From contig OZ245033.1 in the NCBI GenBank assembly GCA_965224025.1, positions 832,001 to 896,000 of the forward strand: a stretch of DNA of 64,000 nt. Reading direction: 5' to 3'. The position numbers and the translations under genes are program-made. Below are positions 47,340 through 57,458 of the stretch, one piece after another. The notes under the pieces were generated by a model. That model was not told the origin of the DNA, searched no databases, and saw nothing but the letters and a program-made list of their open reading frames with translations. Numbering within the stretch: position 1 is the stretch's first letter; every line of letters begins with the position of its first letter. Origin of the DNA: Candidatus Multivorans sp. Lineage in GTDB: Bacteria > Acidobacteriota > Thermoanaerobaculia > Multivoradales > Multivoraceae.

Positions 47340-48085
47340 TCAATCGAAAGCCGTCAGGATCTCCTCGTTGCCACGCCTCCGGCTGGTTGGGGACGCCGCA
47401 CAGGATGATCTCCTTGGCGCCTGCCTCGATACTACTGCAGCAGGTCCTGAATGTAGGAGGCGGTGCCCCAGCAGTACCAGGGCCGGCCGGGCGACTTTGC
47501 GGCTTCCTGGTCGTTGGCGAAGAGCCGGAAGGGCGGGGCGACCGTCCGTTTGATGTCCGCCGGATCGCGGTCGGCGTCCCCGCAGTGACTGTCGAGGACC
47601 TCCTGCCTGTGGCGGAAGACATCGACGCCGCCGGGGTGCCAGAAGTCCAGGTTGCTGATGTCGCCGTACCGGGCGCAGGTGCGGAGCGTCCTCTTCTCGC
47701 CGTTGCCGCCGATCAGGATCGGAATGTGGGCCTTCCGGGTAGAACGCGGCCGGGTCGAACCAGGCGGCGCCGATCCCCAGCTCCATGCGTCCGCCGCTGA
47801 TGTGGTCGACGCTGGCGTATATCTTCGCCAGCAATGCCGGATTGCGGTAGGTGATGCCGCAGGCGAGGGTTCCGAGCCGCACACGTTCGGTCAACACAGC
47901 AGCCGCGGTCACCAGGTCCAGACCTCGATCGCCGACTTGTTTTCGGAGGTGGGATCGGCCGGCGGCAGGAAGTGGTCCGAGAACCACCGGCTGCTCCAAC
48001 TGCCGTTCTCGATCGTCCGAACAGTAGCCTCGATCCGTGGCCACGGCAGGCGGTAGCTGCTGAGCTGGGCGCCGAACCCGGTTGG
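47340..48085 (-). pseudogene. LLM-class (F420-dependent-like) oxidoreductase pseudogene
   Basis: WFSDHF, RVRLGTL, YRNPALLAK, SGGRMELGIGAAW and IPILIGGNGEKRTL are spread over different frames, with a deletion and an internal stop. Confidence 0.85.
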
Positions 48086-48177
48086 CGCGCCTCGCGCCAA
48101 CCGTGAACCGGTCCGTGCGCCCGTCATCGGGCGCTCGGCTGCACTTCCATGGCCCGAAGCTACTCTGAAGTGGTACG

Positions 48178-48655
48178 TTGTTCCAAGTCAATCCCTGGTT
48201 CGAGGATCAGTTCGTGCGCGGCAAGCAGACCGGGCTGATCTCGGCCCTGCTCGATGACGATCTGGAGCCGGCGGCTGCCTGCTGGTTCGATCGCATTCCC
48301 GGCGAGACGTCGGGGATCAAGCCCCACTTCGACGCCATCGGGCACCGGCGTAAGGGTGCGACCATGTGGGTCGCCCTCGACCGGGCGGACCGGGAGAACG
48401 GTTGTCTCTACTACGCGAAGGGCGCGCACCGGCAGAAGCTGCCGAGCCAGATCGGCCTGGAGGGCTTCGGCTCGGACTCCGAGGAGGCGGTCGCGATCGA
48501 AGGTCGAGCCGGGCGACGCCGTCATTCACAGCTCGCTCACGGCGCACTGGTCGGAAGCGAACCGCAGCCAGCGTCCGCGCCAGGCGATCACCTCCTTCTA
48601 CTGGGCAGCCTCGTCCCAGGGGGATGCGGGCGGCGCCAACTCGATACGGCGGTAA
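48178..48655 (+). pseudogene. Phytanoyl-CoA dioxygenase (PhyH)-family fragment
   Basis: PHFD, MWVALDRADRENGCL, then after a frameshift PGDAVIHSSLTAHWSEANRS...R. Confidence 0.75.
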
Positions 48656-48664
48656 ATCGACGCG

Positions 48665-48928
48665 GGAGCCATTCAGGGAGCGGTCACGGGCAAGCCGAGT
48701 TTCTACGTCGTCGTGTCCCGCCCTTTCATTGCCGAGAACGAAGACATCTCGACTGTTGTTTGCGCTCCGCTCTATCGAGAGCACCTGGGCCCTTCGACAA
48801 AGGTCGCCGTGGGCGCGGCCGATGGCCTGCCAACAGACTGTTCGATCCGCTGCGACTCCTTAGCTCTGATGTTCAAGTCGAAGCTCACTGACTTCGTTGC
48901 GGAACTGCCGCCCGCCAGGCTGGGTTGA
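48665..48928 (+). pseudogene. PemK/MazF toxin remnant
   Basis: KPSFYVVVSR, STVVCAPL, GLPTDCSIRCD, KSKL; both ends damaged. Confidence 0.7.
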
Positions 48929-49162
48929 TCGCTCCGGTGTCGTCGTAGTCGAAACGAACCCTTGACCCCCCCGAATCCTGCCGCGAGCCTGCTGCTGGGA
49001 AGGTTCGTGGGGCACGCCGAACACGTCGTAGTGGCCGCCCGCGCACAGGGCATCGCCCGGAGCCCCGGGTGCGAGCAGCGTGCTCTTCCCGGCGGCGTCT
49101 GCTGGCGCCGAGCAGGAGTAAACGGTCTCCGTCGGGCGGTGTGCCGGTGCTAGGCTGCCTCT

Positions 49163-49390
49163 GTGAGCGGCGTCGAAGAGCGGTATCGCGAGGCGATTGC
49201 TAGCTGGTCGGGACTGCAGCGGGTCGAGAGGTCGGCAGGCCTGTTCTCGGAGGTGCGGGAGATGCTCGCGCGCAAGATCGTGGCCAGCAATCCGCGGTTG
49301 GCGCCGCCCGAAGTGACGAGGCGAGTTGCCGAACAGCTCTATCGGTCGGACCGCGAGACGCTGCGCCTGCTGTCGCTTCTCGATTCATGA
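49163..49390 (+). CDS. Small helical protein, putative partner/antitoxin of the downstream nucleotidyltransferase
   Basis: 75 aa; ATGA-coupled to the next ORF. Confidence 0.55.
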   Translation: MSGVEERYREAIASWSGLQRVERSAGLFSEVREMLARKIVASNPRLAPPEVTRRVAEQLYRSDRETLRLLSLLDS

Positions 49391-49695
49391 AGGTCGGCGG
49401 GCTGCGCCTCGTCCTGGAGGCGGTGGTCACGGTGCTTCAGGGCCGGAACATCCCGTATCACGTCACTGGCGGACTGGTTTCGTCGTTCTACGGCGAACCG
49501 CGTTTGACCCAGGACGTCGACTTCGTCGTCCGGCTTACGCCGTCGGATGCCGGAGCTCTTTCGGGAGAGCTGAGTCGCGAGTTCTTGCTTGATCGTGAGC
49601 GGGTGGCCCGAGCTGTAGAGGCCGGTGGCATATTCCAGGCCCTTCACCGAGAGCTGATGATCAAGGCCGACGACACGTCATGCTCCGGCGGATAG
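49387..49695 (+). pseudogene. Nucleotidyltransferase (AbiEii/MenT-like), truncated
   Basis: IPYHVTGGLVSSFYGEPRLTQDVDFVV; breaks after IKAD. Confidence 0.7.
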
Positions 49696-49715
49696 AGGAG
49701 ACAGGAGGCGAACCG

Positions 49716-49928
49716 ATGTCGGCGATCAAGATCAGCTCGAAGGTGGACGAGGCGGCCTGGAGCGAACTCCACGACCTGGCGAAGGAAACCAGGCGGACCG
49801 TTTCAGGACTGCTATCCGAGGCGGTGGAGGAATACCTGGCCCGGCGCCGCGTACGGCCGGATGTGCTCCGGCATCTGGAGGACTCGATGCGCGAGAACGA
49901 CGAGCTGGGAAAGCTCCTCGCGCGGTAG
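49716..49928 (+). CDS. Ribbon-helix-helix antitoxin (Doc partner)
   Basis: GGAGG RBS; 56/65 aa identical to the 12712-12939 core. Confidence 0.8.
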   Translation: MSAIKISSKVDEAAWSELHDLAKETRRTVSGLLSEAVEEYLARRRVRPDVLRHLEDSMRENDELGKLLAR

Positions 49929-49949
49929 CGCGTTCTCCGTCAGCGATCG

Positions 49950-50105
49950 ATGGACAGGGTCCAGGTCCTTACGCTCGACGAACTGCTGGCGGTCCACGAA
50001 CGCCTCATCGTGCGCTTCGGCGGCTCAACCGGCGCGCGCGACCTTGGTCTGGCTGAGAGTGCGCTCTTCCGGCCGCAGTCGGGCTACTACGAAGACGTGG
50101 TGGCC
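49950..50105 (+). pseudogene. Fic/Doc toxin N-terminal fragment
   Basis: LTLDELLAVHERLIVRFGGSTGARDLGLAESALFRPQ. The catalytic HxFxDGNKR motif is missing. Confidence 0.8.
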
Positions 50106-50579
50106 CCTGGACCGGCTCGCCGACCACTACTCGCTCGCCACCATGCAGGCGATCTTCAAGCCGGCCGGGGCGATCCTGTTCTGGTACTGCCTGTCGGCCT
50201 ACCGGAAGGCGATGGAAGAAGCGGGGACGTGGGAGGTGGATTGAGGGGGCGGTGGTGGTCGGGCCGCGACGATCAGAGCACCTCCCAGCGGCGAGCATCA
50301 AGAGCAGGATGGAGCGCCGTGCCCGGCAGAAGAGCCCGCGCATCATTTGGGGGCGTCAGGTTTGGCGTCACCCGTGCAGCGGTCCGGCCCTTTGCGGCTA
50401 TGATCGCCGACAAGGTGCATGTGGCCCGTAGGAGAGTGGAGCGAGCGCTTGGCTGACGAACATGTGTTCCAGGATCCCTGAATCCGCCGTACGCAGCAGT
50501 TGGTCCGATAGAGTCGAGGATTCGCCATGCTCCCGCTGGCGAGCCGCAACAATCCAGCAACTTCCATCACAGAGGCGAC

Positions 50580-50804
50580 ATGAGCAAACCGTCGAATCGG
50601 CGCGTAGCGTCAGGCAGTGCGGCCAAACGGAGACCCTCGCGACCGGCTCAGCCGGACGATTGGTGGCGACAGGATGGGCGTGCGCTTCGCGGCGACTGGG
50701 TGGTAGTCGGGCGGGACATCCGCAAGTCGTTGGAACGCTTCGCGGAGGAGAACGATGCCCAGGAAGAAGCAGGGGTCGCTACAGAGGCAGCGACCTCAGC
50801 GTGA
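50580..50804 (+). CDS. Small hypothetical protein
   Basis: GAGG RBS; ALRGDWVVVGRDIRKSL; overlaps the next ORF. Confidence 0.55.
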   Translation: MSKPSNRRVASGSAAKRRPSRPAQPDDWWRQDGRALRGDWVVVGRDIRKSLERFAEENDAQEEAGVATEAATSA

Positions 50805-51120
50805 CGATGGCGTAGCCGTCACGTCTCGGCAGGTTGAGGTCAGCGAGTTCACAGCTGGGCCTCTCCCACATCCAGAGTTGTATGGCGGATACGAGCAGGT
50901 GCTCCCCGGTTCGGCAGATCGAATCGTGGGCATGGCGGAGGACGAGGGCCGGCAACGCCGCCTCCGGAAGATGATTCTGACTGTGGCGGTTGCGGTCGCG
51001 GTGGTGTCCGGAGTTACCGTTGGCGGAATCCTGCTCTACAGAGGCGAAGACTTGGCGGCAGGTCTACCTGTTCTGGGTGTCGCGGTGGTCGCCGTGGCGT
51101 TCAAGGACCTGCTTCACTAG
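50755..51120 (+). CDS. DUF2335 family membrane protein
   Basis: GPLPHPELYGGYEQVLPGSADRIVGMAE plus two TM helices. Confidence 0.8.
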   Translation: MPRKKQGSLQRQRPQRDDGVAVTSRQVEVSEFTAGPLPHPELYGGYEQVLPGSADRIVGMAEDEGRQRRLRKMILTVAVAVAVVSGVTVGGILLYRGEDLAAGLPVLGVAVVAVAFKDLLH

Positions 51121-51191
51121 CGGCGCGGGTCCCGACACCGGTACCCGGTCGCGGAACCTGTCAACGACTTTGACACAGCGGTGTTCTGGAT

Positions 51192-52190
51192 TTAGTGAGT
51201 CGTCTCTGCAGTCTTGTTGTGGGGCTTGTTGATCCAGACGGTTTGGGGTAGTGGCGTGTGCATCGGTTCGCCGCCGACGAATCGTTCGGGATGGCGTTCC
51301 CAGGCGGCCCGCAGGATGCGCTGGCGGTTCTCGATGACGGCTTGCGCCCGGCCGTAGTGGACGGTCTCTGGTGTGAGCATGGCGATGCCGGCATGGTGGT
51401 GTTCGGTGTTGTACCAGGGGAAGAACGATCTGCAGTAGTCGGTCGCGGCGTCCTGGCAGTTGAAGCGTCTGGGGAAGTCGGGGTGGTACTTGAGGGTCTT
51501 GAACTGGGCTTCGGAGTAGGGGTTGTCGTCGCTGACCCGAGGGCGTCCCAGGGACCGGTTGACGCCGAGGCGGGCGAGCAGTTGGGCGGTACCCTGACTG
51601 GTCATGGGCGATCCTCGATCGGAGTGCAGTGTGAGGATGTCTGGCTTGACGCCGTGCTTGAGGCGGGTTTCCTCGATGAGTCTCTGGGCGAGCGCGGAGT
51701 TCTCGCGGTCGGCGACCATCCAGCCGACCGCGTAGCGGCTGAAGAGGTCGAGCAGGACGTAGAGGTAGTAGTAGGTCCAGGTCTTGGGGCCGAGCAGCCT
51801 GGCGATGTCCCAGGACCAGACCTGGTTGGGCGCCGTGGCGACCAGTTCCGGCTTGGCGTACGACGGGTGGACGCGCTGATTGCGGCGGTCCCTCACCGGG
51901 TGGTTCGCTTCGAGGATGCGGTACATCGTGCGCTCCGAGCACGGGTACCGGCCCTCGTCGAGCAGGGTGGCCACTACTTCTCCCGGCGAACGATCAACGA
52001 AACGAGGCGACGCAAGCGTGGCCTCGACCCGTTTCCGCTCGGCCTTGCTCAGTGCCCGGGCGGGCGTGGGTCGGGGCTGCTGACGCCCGGGAACGGGCCT
52101 CGCTCTGCGGTAGAACGTCGATCGCGACACGCCCAGCGCCCGGCACGCCGGCGCGATGCCGACCTGCCGGGCCAGGGACCTTGCCGCCAT
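51192..52190 (-). CDS. IS3 OrfB (rve DDE)
   Basis: TGATG coupling; WSWDI, HSDRGS, DNPYSEAQFKTLKY. Confidence 0.9.
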   Translation of the reverse strand: MAARSLARQVGIAPACRALGVSRSTFYRRARPVPGRQQPRPTPARALSKAERKRVEATLASPRFVDRSPGEVVATLLDEGRYPCSERTMYRILEANHPVRDRRNQRVHPSYAKPELVATAPNQVWSWDIARLLGPKTWTYYYLYVLLDLFSRYAVGWMVADRENSALAQRLIEETRLKHGVKPDILTLHSDRGSPMTSQGTAQLLARLGVNRSLGRPRVSDDNPYSEAQFKTLKYHPDFPRRFNCQDAATDYCRSFFPWYNTEHHHAGIAMLTPETVHYGRAQAVIENRQRILRAAWERHPERFVGGEPMHTPLPQTVWINKPHNKTAETTH

Positions 52191-52676
52191 CAGCAGTCCT
52201 TCCCGTCTTCGAGGCTGAATCCCAGCAGCCCTGCAACTTTTCCCTGGACGTCCAGGATCGTGTGTGCGGCGGCGAGTTCCTTCTCCAGCCGCTTCACCTT
52301 CGCCTCCAGCCGCTTCACCTTCGGCGTCAGAGGGTTGGCCTCGGCCGGCTTGCGGCCCCGCTTCTTCGGACTCAGACCGGATAGCGCGCCCTCTCGACGC
52401 GCCTTGCGCCAGTTGGCCAGATGGGAGCTGTACCAGACCCTCTCGCCGAAGCAGCCGACCCACCTCGCCGCGGTGGGTGCATCGGTCCGCTGCCTCCAGA
52501 ATCCGCAGCCGGTACTCCGCCGTGAACTGCCGCCTGGTCGGTCTCGCCAGCACTTCCGGGTCGGGAACCGCCCCGGCGGGCGCCGCGCCGGCCGGGGGGG
52601 CCTCGTCGCTACGCTCCTCAACCCCCGCGGCCGGGAGCTCCGAGCCGCCGCCAAACCTCTGCTTTCGTCTTGACAT
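52190..52676 (-). pseudogene. IS3 OrfA with +1 frameshift
   Basis: RRQFTAEYRLRIL...LLRREGL, then YSSHLANWR in another frame (extra G near 52434). Confidence 0.8.
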
Positions 52677-52854
52677 TGATCCTCCTTGCCAACGCGTGCC
52701 CTCCACTATTCAACGGGATGGCCGCTGTGTCATGTACGTTGGCAGAGAGGGGTTCGGGCGTCGGTCGTTGCGTTGGCACCGGGCGTCGCTCGCTCGAAGT
52801 CCACTGGTACCCCTCCCCCACGACGACCGGACGGGCTGAACGGCGTCGAACGCC

Positions 52855-53544
52855 CTACTTCAAGGACTCCGCTTCGCGCCAGAGGGACTTGCCGTCCGCG
52901 TAGTGCTCCCGTTTCCAGATCGGCACTTCGGCTTTGAGACGCTCTAGAGCAAAACGACTCGTCTCGTAGGCCTGCCGGCGGTGAGCGGAGGCGGTGGCGA
53001 TCACCACACTGGCGTCGCCGACTTCCAGCGTTCCCAGACCGTGGACGATCTCGACGCGGGTTCCCGGTTCCTCGACCTCGAGTTCGCGCACGATCCGCTC
53101 CAGGCGGCGTTCGGCCATCGCGGGATAGGCGGAGTAGGTGATCCGCTCGACCGGACGGCCGCCGAAGGAGTTGCGGACGTTGCCGACGAAAACGACGACG
53201 GCTCCTTTGCCCGAGTCTTCGACGCTTGCTCGAACCGCCTCCACAGTGTCCGCGTCGACAGCACCGTCCCGCAGCCGGCCAGCACCAGCGCCGCACGATC
53301 CGCCGGACACCGGCGGCAGGAGGGCGACTTCGGCGCCGTTGTGGAGGGGAGCGGTCCGGTCTCCGGCCACTTCCCCGTCTACGGCAATCGCCAGCCTCGG
53401 CCACAGCGACTCCAGACCCGGATACGCCGCGCTCAGGCGCTCGATCAGGTCGGCGATCGTGTTGCCGTCCGGGAGTTCGACTTCCGTCTCGGCGCCGCCG
53501 ACGGCGTCCAAGGCGGTGGCGAAGCTCAGCACCCGTACGATCAA
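52855..53544 (-). CDS. MoaD-MoaE fusion (molybdopterin synthase, MoaX-like)
   Basis: Ubl ending ALLPPVSGG fused to GAVVVFVGNVR...SAHR...VPIWKRE. TTG start inferred. Confidence 0.9.
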   Translation of the reverse strand: MIVRVLSFATALDAVGGAETEVELPDGNTIADLIERLSAAYPGLESLWPRLAIAVDGEVAGDRTAPLHNGAEVALLPPVSGGSCGAGAGRLRDGAVDADTVEAVRASVEDSGKGAVVVFVGNVRNSFGGRPVERITYSAYPAMAERRLERIVRELEVEEPGTRVEIVHGLGTLEVGDASVVIATASAHRRQAYETSRFALERLKAEVPIWKREHYADGKSLWREAESLK

Positions 53545-53614
53545 GACACGGAAGGCTAACAGTCGCCGCCCCTGCGGATAGTCTCCCCGCCTACTTCTGA
53601 ACTCCGGAAACGCG

Positions 53615-54319
53615 ATGCGGCTCCTGCTCTTCGACATCGACGGCACCCTGGTTCGCTGCGGCCCACAGATCGGGCCCATCTTCATGGGCGCTCTGAAGCG
53701 CACCTTCGGCCAGACGGGCAATGTCCGGGCTTACGACTTCGGCGGCAGGACGGACACCGAAGCGGTGATCGACCTGATGACCGGGGCCGGCATCCCGCGG
53801 GGCGAGGTCGAGGGTCGCATGGACGAAGTGCGTTCGCACTACACCGATCTGCTCGACCGGCTCGATCCAAAGAAGATGAGGCTGCTGCCCGGCGTGGTCG
53901 AACTCCTCGAGGAGCTGGCCCATGTGGAGGACACGTGCGTGGGTCTGCTCACCGGCAATTGGGAGGTCGGCGCCCGGGCCAAGCTCGAACCCTTCGGCCT
54001 GAACCGGTTCTTCGACTTCGGCGCTTTCGGCGAGGACGGCGTGCGGCGCAACGAACTGGTGCCGATTGCGGTCGCGCGAGCCGCTGAGCGGCTGGGCTCG
54101 CCCCCGGAAGCGAGGGATGTCGTGATCATCGGCGACACGGTGCGCGATGTCGCCTGCGGCGAGGCGCACGGCGTGCCCGTGCTGGGCGTAGCCACCGGTT
54201 TCACACCCGACCACCGCCTGCACGAAGCCGGCGCCGATTGGGTGGCACCCGACCTCCGCCACGCAACCGCCCGGAGGCTGCTGCTGGACGGTCGGCATGC
54301 CGGCCCCGAACTGCCATGA
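53615..54319 (+). CDS. HAD-superfamily hydrolase
   Basis: LLFDIDGTL, LLTGN, IIGDTVRD. Confidence 0.92.
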   Translation: MRLLLFDIDGTLVRCGPQIGPIFMGALKRTFGQTGNVRAYDFGGRTDTEAVIDLMTGAGIPRGEVEGRMDEVRSHYTDLLDRLDPKKMRLLPGVVELLEELAHVEDTCVGLLTGNWEVGARAKLEPFGLNRFFDFGAFGEDGVRRNELVPIAVARAAERLGSPPEARDVVIIGDTVRDVACGEAHGVPVLGVATGFTPDHRLHEAGADWVAPDLRHATARRLLLDGRHAGPELP

Positions 54320-55284
54320 GCCTCGAACGCGACTACGAACTGCTGACCACGGCAGCCGCGCTCTGCGACCCGCCGCGGGCCTCTCGGCTCGAACTCATGG
54401 GACCCGACCGCGAACGGTTCTTCGGCGGCATGATCACCGCGGCGGTCGAGGGCCTTGAGCCCGGCCACGGCGCGTTCGGCTTCATCACCGATGTCCGCGG
54501 GCGGGTGCTCGCCAGCGCCATCGTGCTGGCTCTCGAAGACCGCCTCTGGCTCGAGATCCCCAGGGGCCGCGGCCGGACGATCATCGACCACCTGGAGAAG
54601 TACATCGTCACCGACCAGGTCGAGATCCTCCCGCTCGGCGACATGGCCTCCGTCCGGGTCGCCGGCCCGCGGAGCGCCGAGGTCCTGGCGGGCCTTGGCG
54701 CCACCGCTGCCAACGACCTCAACGAACCGTGGAGCCACGCCCAGGTCGAAGTGCTCGACTACCAGGCCCGCCTCTCCCGGGAAGGCCAAAGCGCCGTGCC
54801 CACCTTCTCCCTCTGGCAGTCGTCCGCGATCGCCCCGCTCCTGGCCGAAGACCTCGCCGAGGCCGGCATCCGCCAAGTCGCCGCCGAAGCGACCAAAGCG
54901 CTCCGCATCGAACACGGCTATCCACTTTGGGACGTCGACTACGACGACTCGAACCTGCCCCAGGAAACGGGCATCGAGGACGCCGTCGACTACGAGAAAG
55001 GCTGCTACCTCGGCCAGGAGATCGTCGCCCGCATCCACTACCGCGGCCAGCCGGCCCGCCGCATGTGCCGGCTCTTCTTCGCGCCCGGACACATGCCGGC
55101 CGCCGGCGCCGAGATCGAGTTCGACGACCGCGCCGCCGGCACCGTGACCAGCGTCTGCAGATCGCCCCGCCACGAAACCGCCATCGGCCTCGCCCTCCTG
55201 CCACGCCGCGCCGTAGAGGCGTTGCCAGACGCGAACGTGCTAGTCGAGGGTCGCGACGTGCACTTCGAAGCGCTCGGCACTTGA
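54316..55284 (+). CDS. ygfZ: Folate-binding YgfZ/GcvT-family protein
   Basis: KGCYLGQE signature; ATGA overlap. Confidence 0.88.
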   Translation: MSLERDYELLTTAAALCDPPRASRLELMGPDRERFFGGMITAAVEGLEPGHGAFGFITDVRGRVLASAIVLALEDRLWLEIPRGRGRTIIDHLEKYIVTDQVEILPLGDMASVRVAGPRSAEVLAGLGATAANDLNEPWSHAQVEVLDYQARLSREGQSAVPTFSLWQSSAIAPLLAEDLAEAGIRQVAAEATKALRIEHGYPLWDVDYDDSNLPQETGIEDAVDYEKGCYLGQEIVARIHYRGQPARRMCRLFFAPGHMPAAGAEIEFDDRAAGTVTSVCRSPRHETAIGLALLPRRAVEALPDANVLVEGRDVHFEALGT

Positions 55285-55967
55285 CACGGCCCGCCCCTCG
55301 ACGATGCCGGGCGCTCGACAAGACTGCCTGGTTCTCACCGTGACCTCTTGACGCCGCCAACCGTCCGCATGCCTCACCCGCCGGAGAGTCGTTCCGGGCT
55401 CGAGTCGCAGCCGCTACATTTCCGCTCTGAAGACCTCCACGATGCGGTCTCGCAGGTCGGCGATCTCCGGGCAAAGGCTAAAGAACTGACGCCGTCGGGC
55501 TACTGACTTCTCGGTCATCGCGCCTCGGCCGCCACCCGGACGCCGAGGGTCCCCGTACTCCTTGAGGAGGCGTTTGAAGACTGTCTCTTTGAGACGTGGA
55601 TTCGACCGCACGTCACTCCACGAACCCCCAATCTCCTCGCGATAGGCCACACAGGCGTACACCTCAACTTCCGGCTCCGCCGGACAGCAGAGCAGGATCA
55701 CACCCTGACGCCTGAGACGGTCCTCGAGATCGCGCATGGCACTGTCGGCAGCCCTGTCCGCGTCGGGAAAGAACAGCCAAAAATCCATGAAGCCGTAGCG
55801 GGAAGCCAGTTCGTTCCGAACGATCCTGACCGCTTCGTCATAGCCGCCGAGTCGGGGGTTCGTGAGTATCGTCACTCTGGCGTTCGGTTTGGCCGCATCC
55901 GCCAGGATCATCTCCACCAGCGGTTTCAGAATGGGGATTATATACGAGAGTGCCGGGGCCGAACGGC

Positions 55968-56165
55968 TCACCGGCGCACGTTCTTCGGTGACTTGATGTA
56001 GTTGACCTTCACTTCGGCGGCCAGCGCATCGGTCAGTTGCTCGAACGTGGCGTCGATCCGCAAGTCCTTCCGCAACTCCGCAGCGGACGGCTGGTAGTTC
56101 GGATGAACGATGTCCACCGTTGGACGGTTCGGTCCTTTGTCCTTCTCTACTTGCTTTCGAGCCAC
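55968..56165 (-). CDS. Small IS-borne hypothetical protein
   Basis: About 65 aa, YQPSAAELRKDLRIDATFEQL; overlaps the MTase stop. Confidence 0.55.
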   Translation of the reverse strand: MARKQVEKDKGPNRPTVDIVHPNYQPSAAELRKDLRIDATFEQLTDALAAEVKVNYIKSPKNVRR

Positions 56166-57458
56166 GCCAGCTTCTCCCTCAGTTCTGAGATCATGTTTGC
56201 TTTGGCGATGCTGTCTTCGCTCGTACCCTTGGCGAGATTGCACGGTCGGCAGAGCAGTTGCAGGTTGTCGAGTTCGTCTCCGCCGCCTTCGGCTTGCGGC
56301 ACGATGTGGTCAACTTCCATGACGTTGAACTGGGTGAAGGTGGAGCACATGGCACACCGCGCTTCCTGCTGGCCGTAGAGCAGGTGCTTGTGACTGGTCG
56401 GCTTCGGCGGCGCTTGCGACTCCGGGACGCTCTCTGCGGTCCAGTACTGGATGTCGTGGAGCACCGTACCCATGAACGAGACTTCGTTCGTCAGCCGCTC
56501 CTTGACGAGCTTGTACGCCATGTCGCTGATGTCCATGCCGATCCACTGGCGGCGCAAACGCTCCGCCGCTACGCAGGCTGTGGCGCAACCGCAGAACGGA
56601 TCCAGGATGATGTCGCCCTCGTTCGACGATGACCGGATGATCCGTTCCAAGAGTGCTAGCGGTTTCTGGGTCGGATAGCCGACGTTCTCGGAGGACTGCG
56701 AGTTCAGGAAGTTGATGTCGAACACATCTGTGTGCCGGTTGCCCTGGGTCGTGTCCACTGCCTTGATGATGTCGAAGTCGTTGCGGTTGATCTTCCCTTT
56801 GGCTTCCTTCCGGGCCAGAACAGCTTCGTCGTAGATGTACAGGTAGCGCTGTCCGTTCATTCGCTTCGTGTTGTAGCCAGCCCGAATGAGTTGCTGCTTC
56901 CGTGGCGACAACTCGGAATCGTAGGTCGCGGTGTAGTGGAACTTCGTGGAGCGCGAGTAGAACAGGACCGTGTCGTGAGCGCGCAGAAACTTCTTGGCCC
57001 GCGAGTTCGCCACCTTCTTGTATGACCACACGATCTCGTTGCGGAACTGGTTCCGCCCGAAGATGGAGTCCATCAGCGTCTTGAGGTAGTGGCTGGCGGT
57101 TGGATCGCAGTGCAGGTACACGCTGGCCGTGGGCTTCATAACACGCCGTAGTTCGAGCAGCCGCACTGCCATGTAGATCAGGTACGCCTTCATGCCCTTC
57201 GAGTGCGCGGTGCCCGCCGCGTCGATGGTCTGGTACAGCGCCGGGTGGTGTTCCGCGAGTTCGCCGTGCCCGCCGCCTTGCTGCCTATCGGCGCAGCGAA
57301 GTTCCGGTTCTTGTTGAACGGCGGATCGAGGTAGACCAGATCTACGCATCCGTCCGCCATTCCGCGCAGGATGTTGAGGTTGTCGCCCGTGTGGATCGCC
57401 CGAACCCAATCCTGCGGTCCGTATCTTGCAGGGACAATTCCGCGCCGTCCGCCGTCAT
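56147..57458 (-). pseudogene. Beta-class N4/N6 DNA methyltransferase fused to HNH endonuclease, 5' end frameshifted
   Basis: GDNL...YLDPPFN is out of frame with YLHCD, YPTQKP, LDPFCGCAT and the HNH region (CAMC, DHIVPQAEGG, NLQLLCRPCN). Confidence 0.85.

Larger units (their letters stand above)
51159..52744 (-). mobile_element. IS3-family element (second type)
   Basis: Imperfect IR TGTCAACGACTTTGACACAGCGG / TGCCAACGTACATGACACAGCGG. No clear target duplication; the ends may extend a few bp to GAACC motifs. Confidence 0.85.

Noticed and set aside
47281-47622. N-terminal extension of the 569-aa ORF
   Set aside because: It runs through the LLM pseudogene. RBS and signal peptide support a start at 47280.
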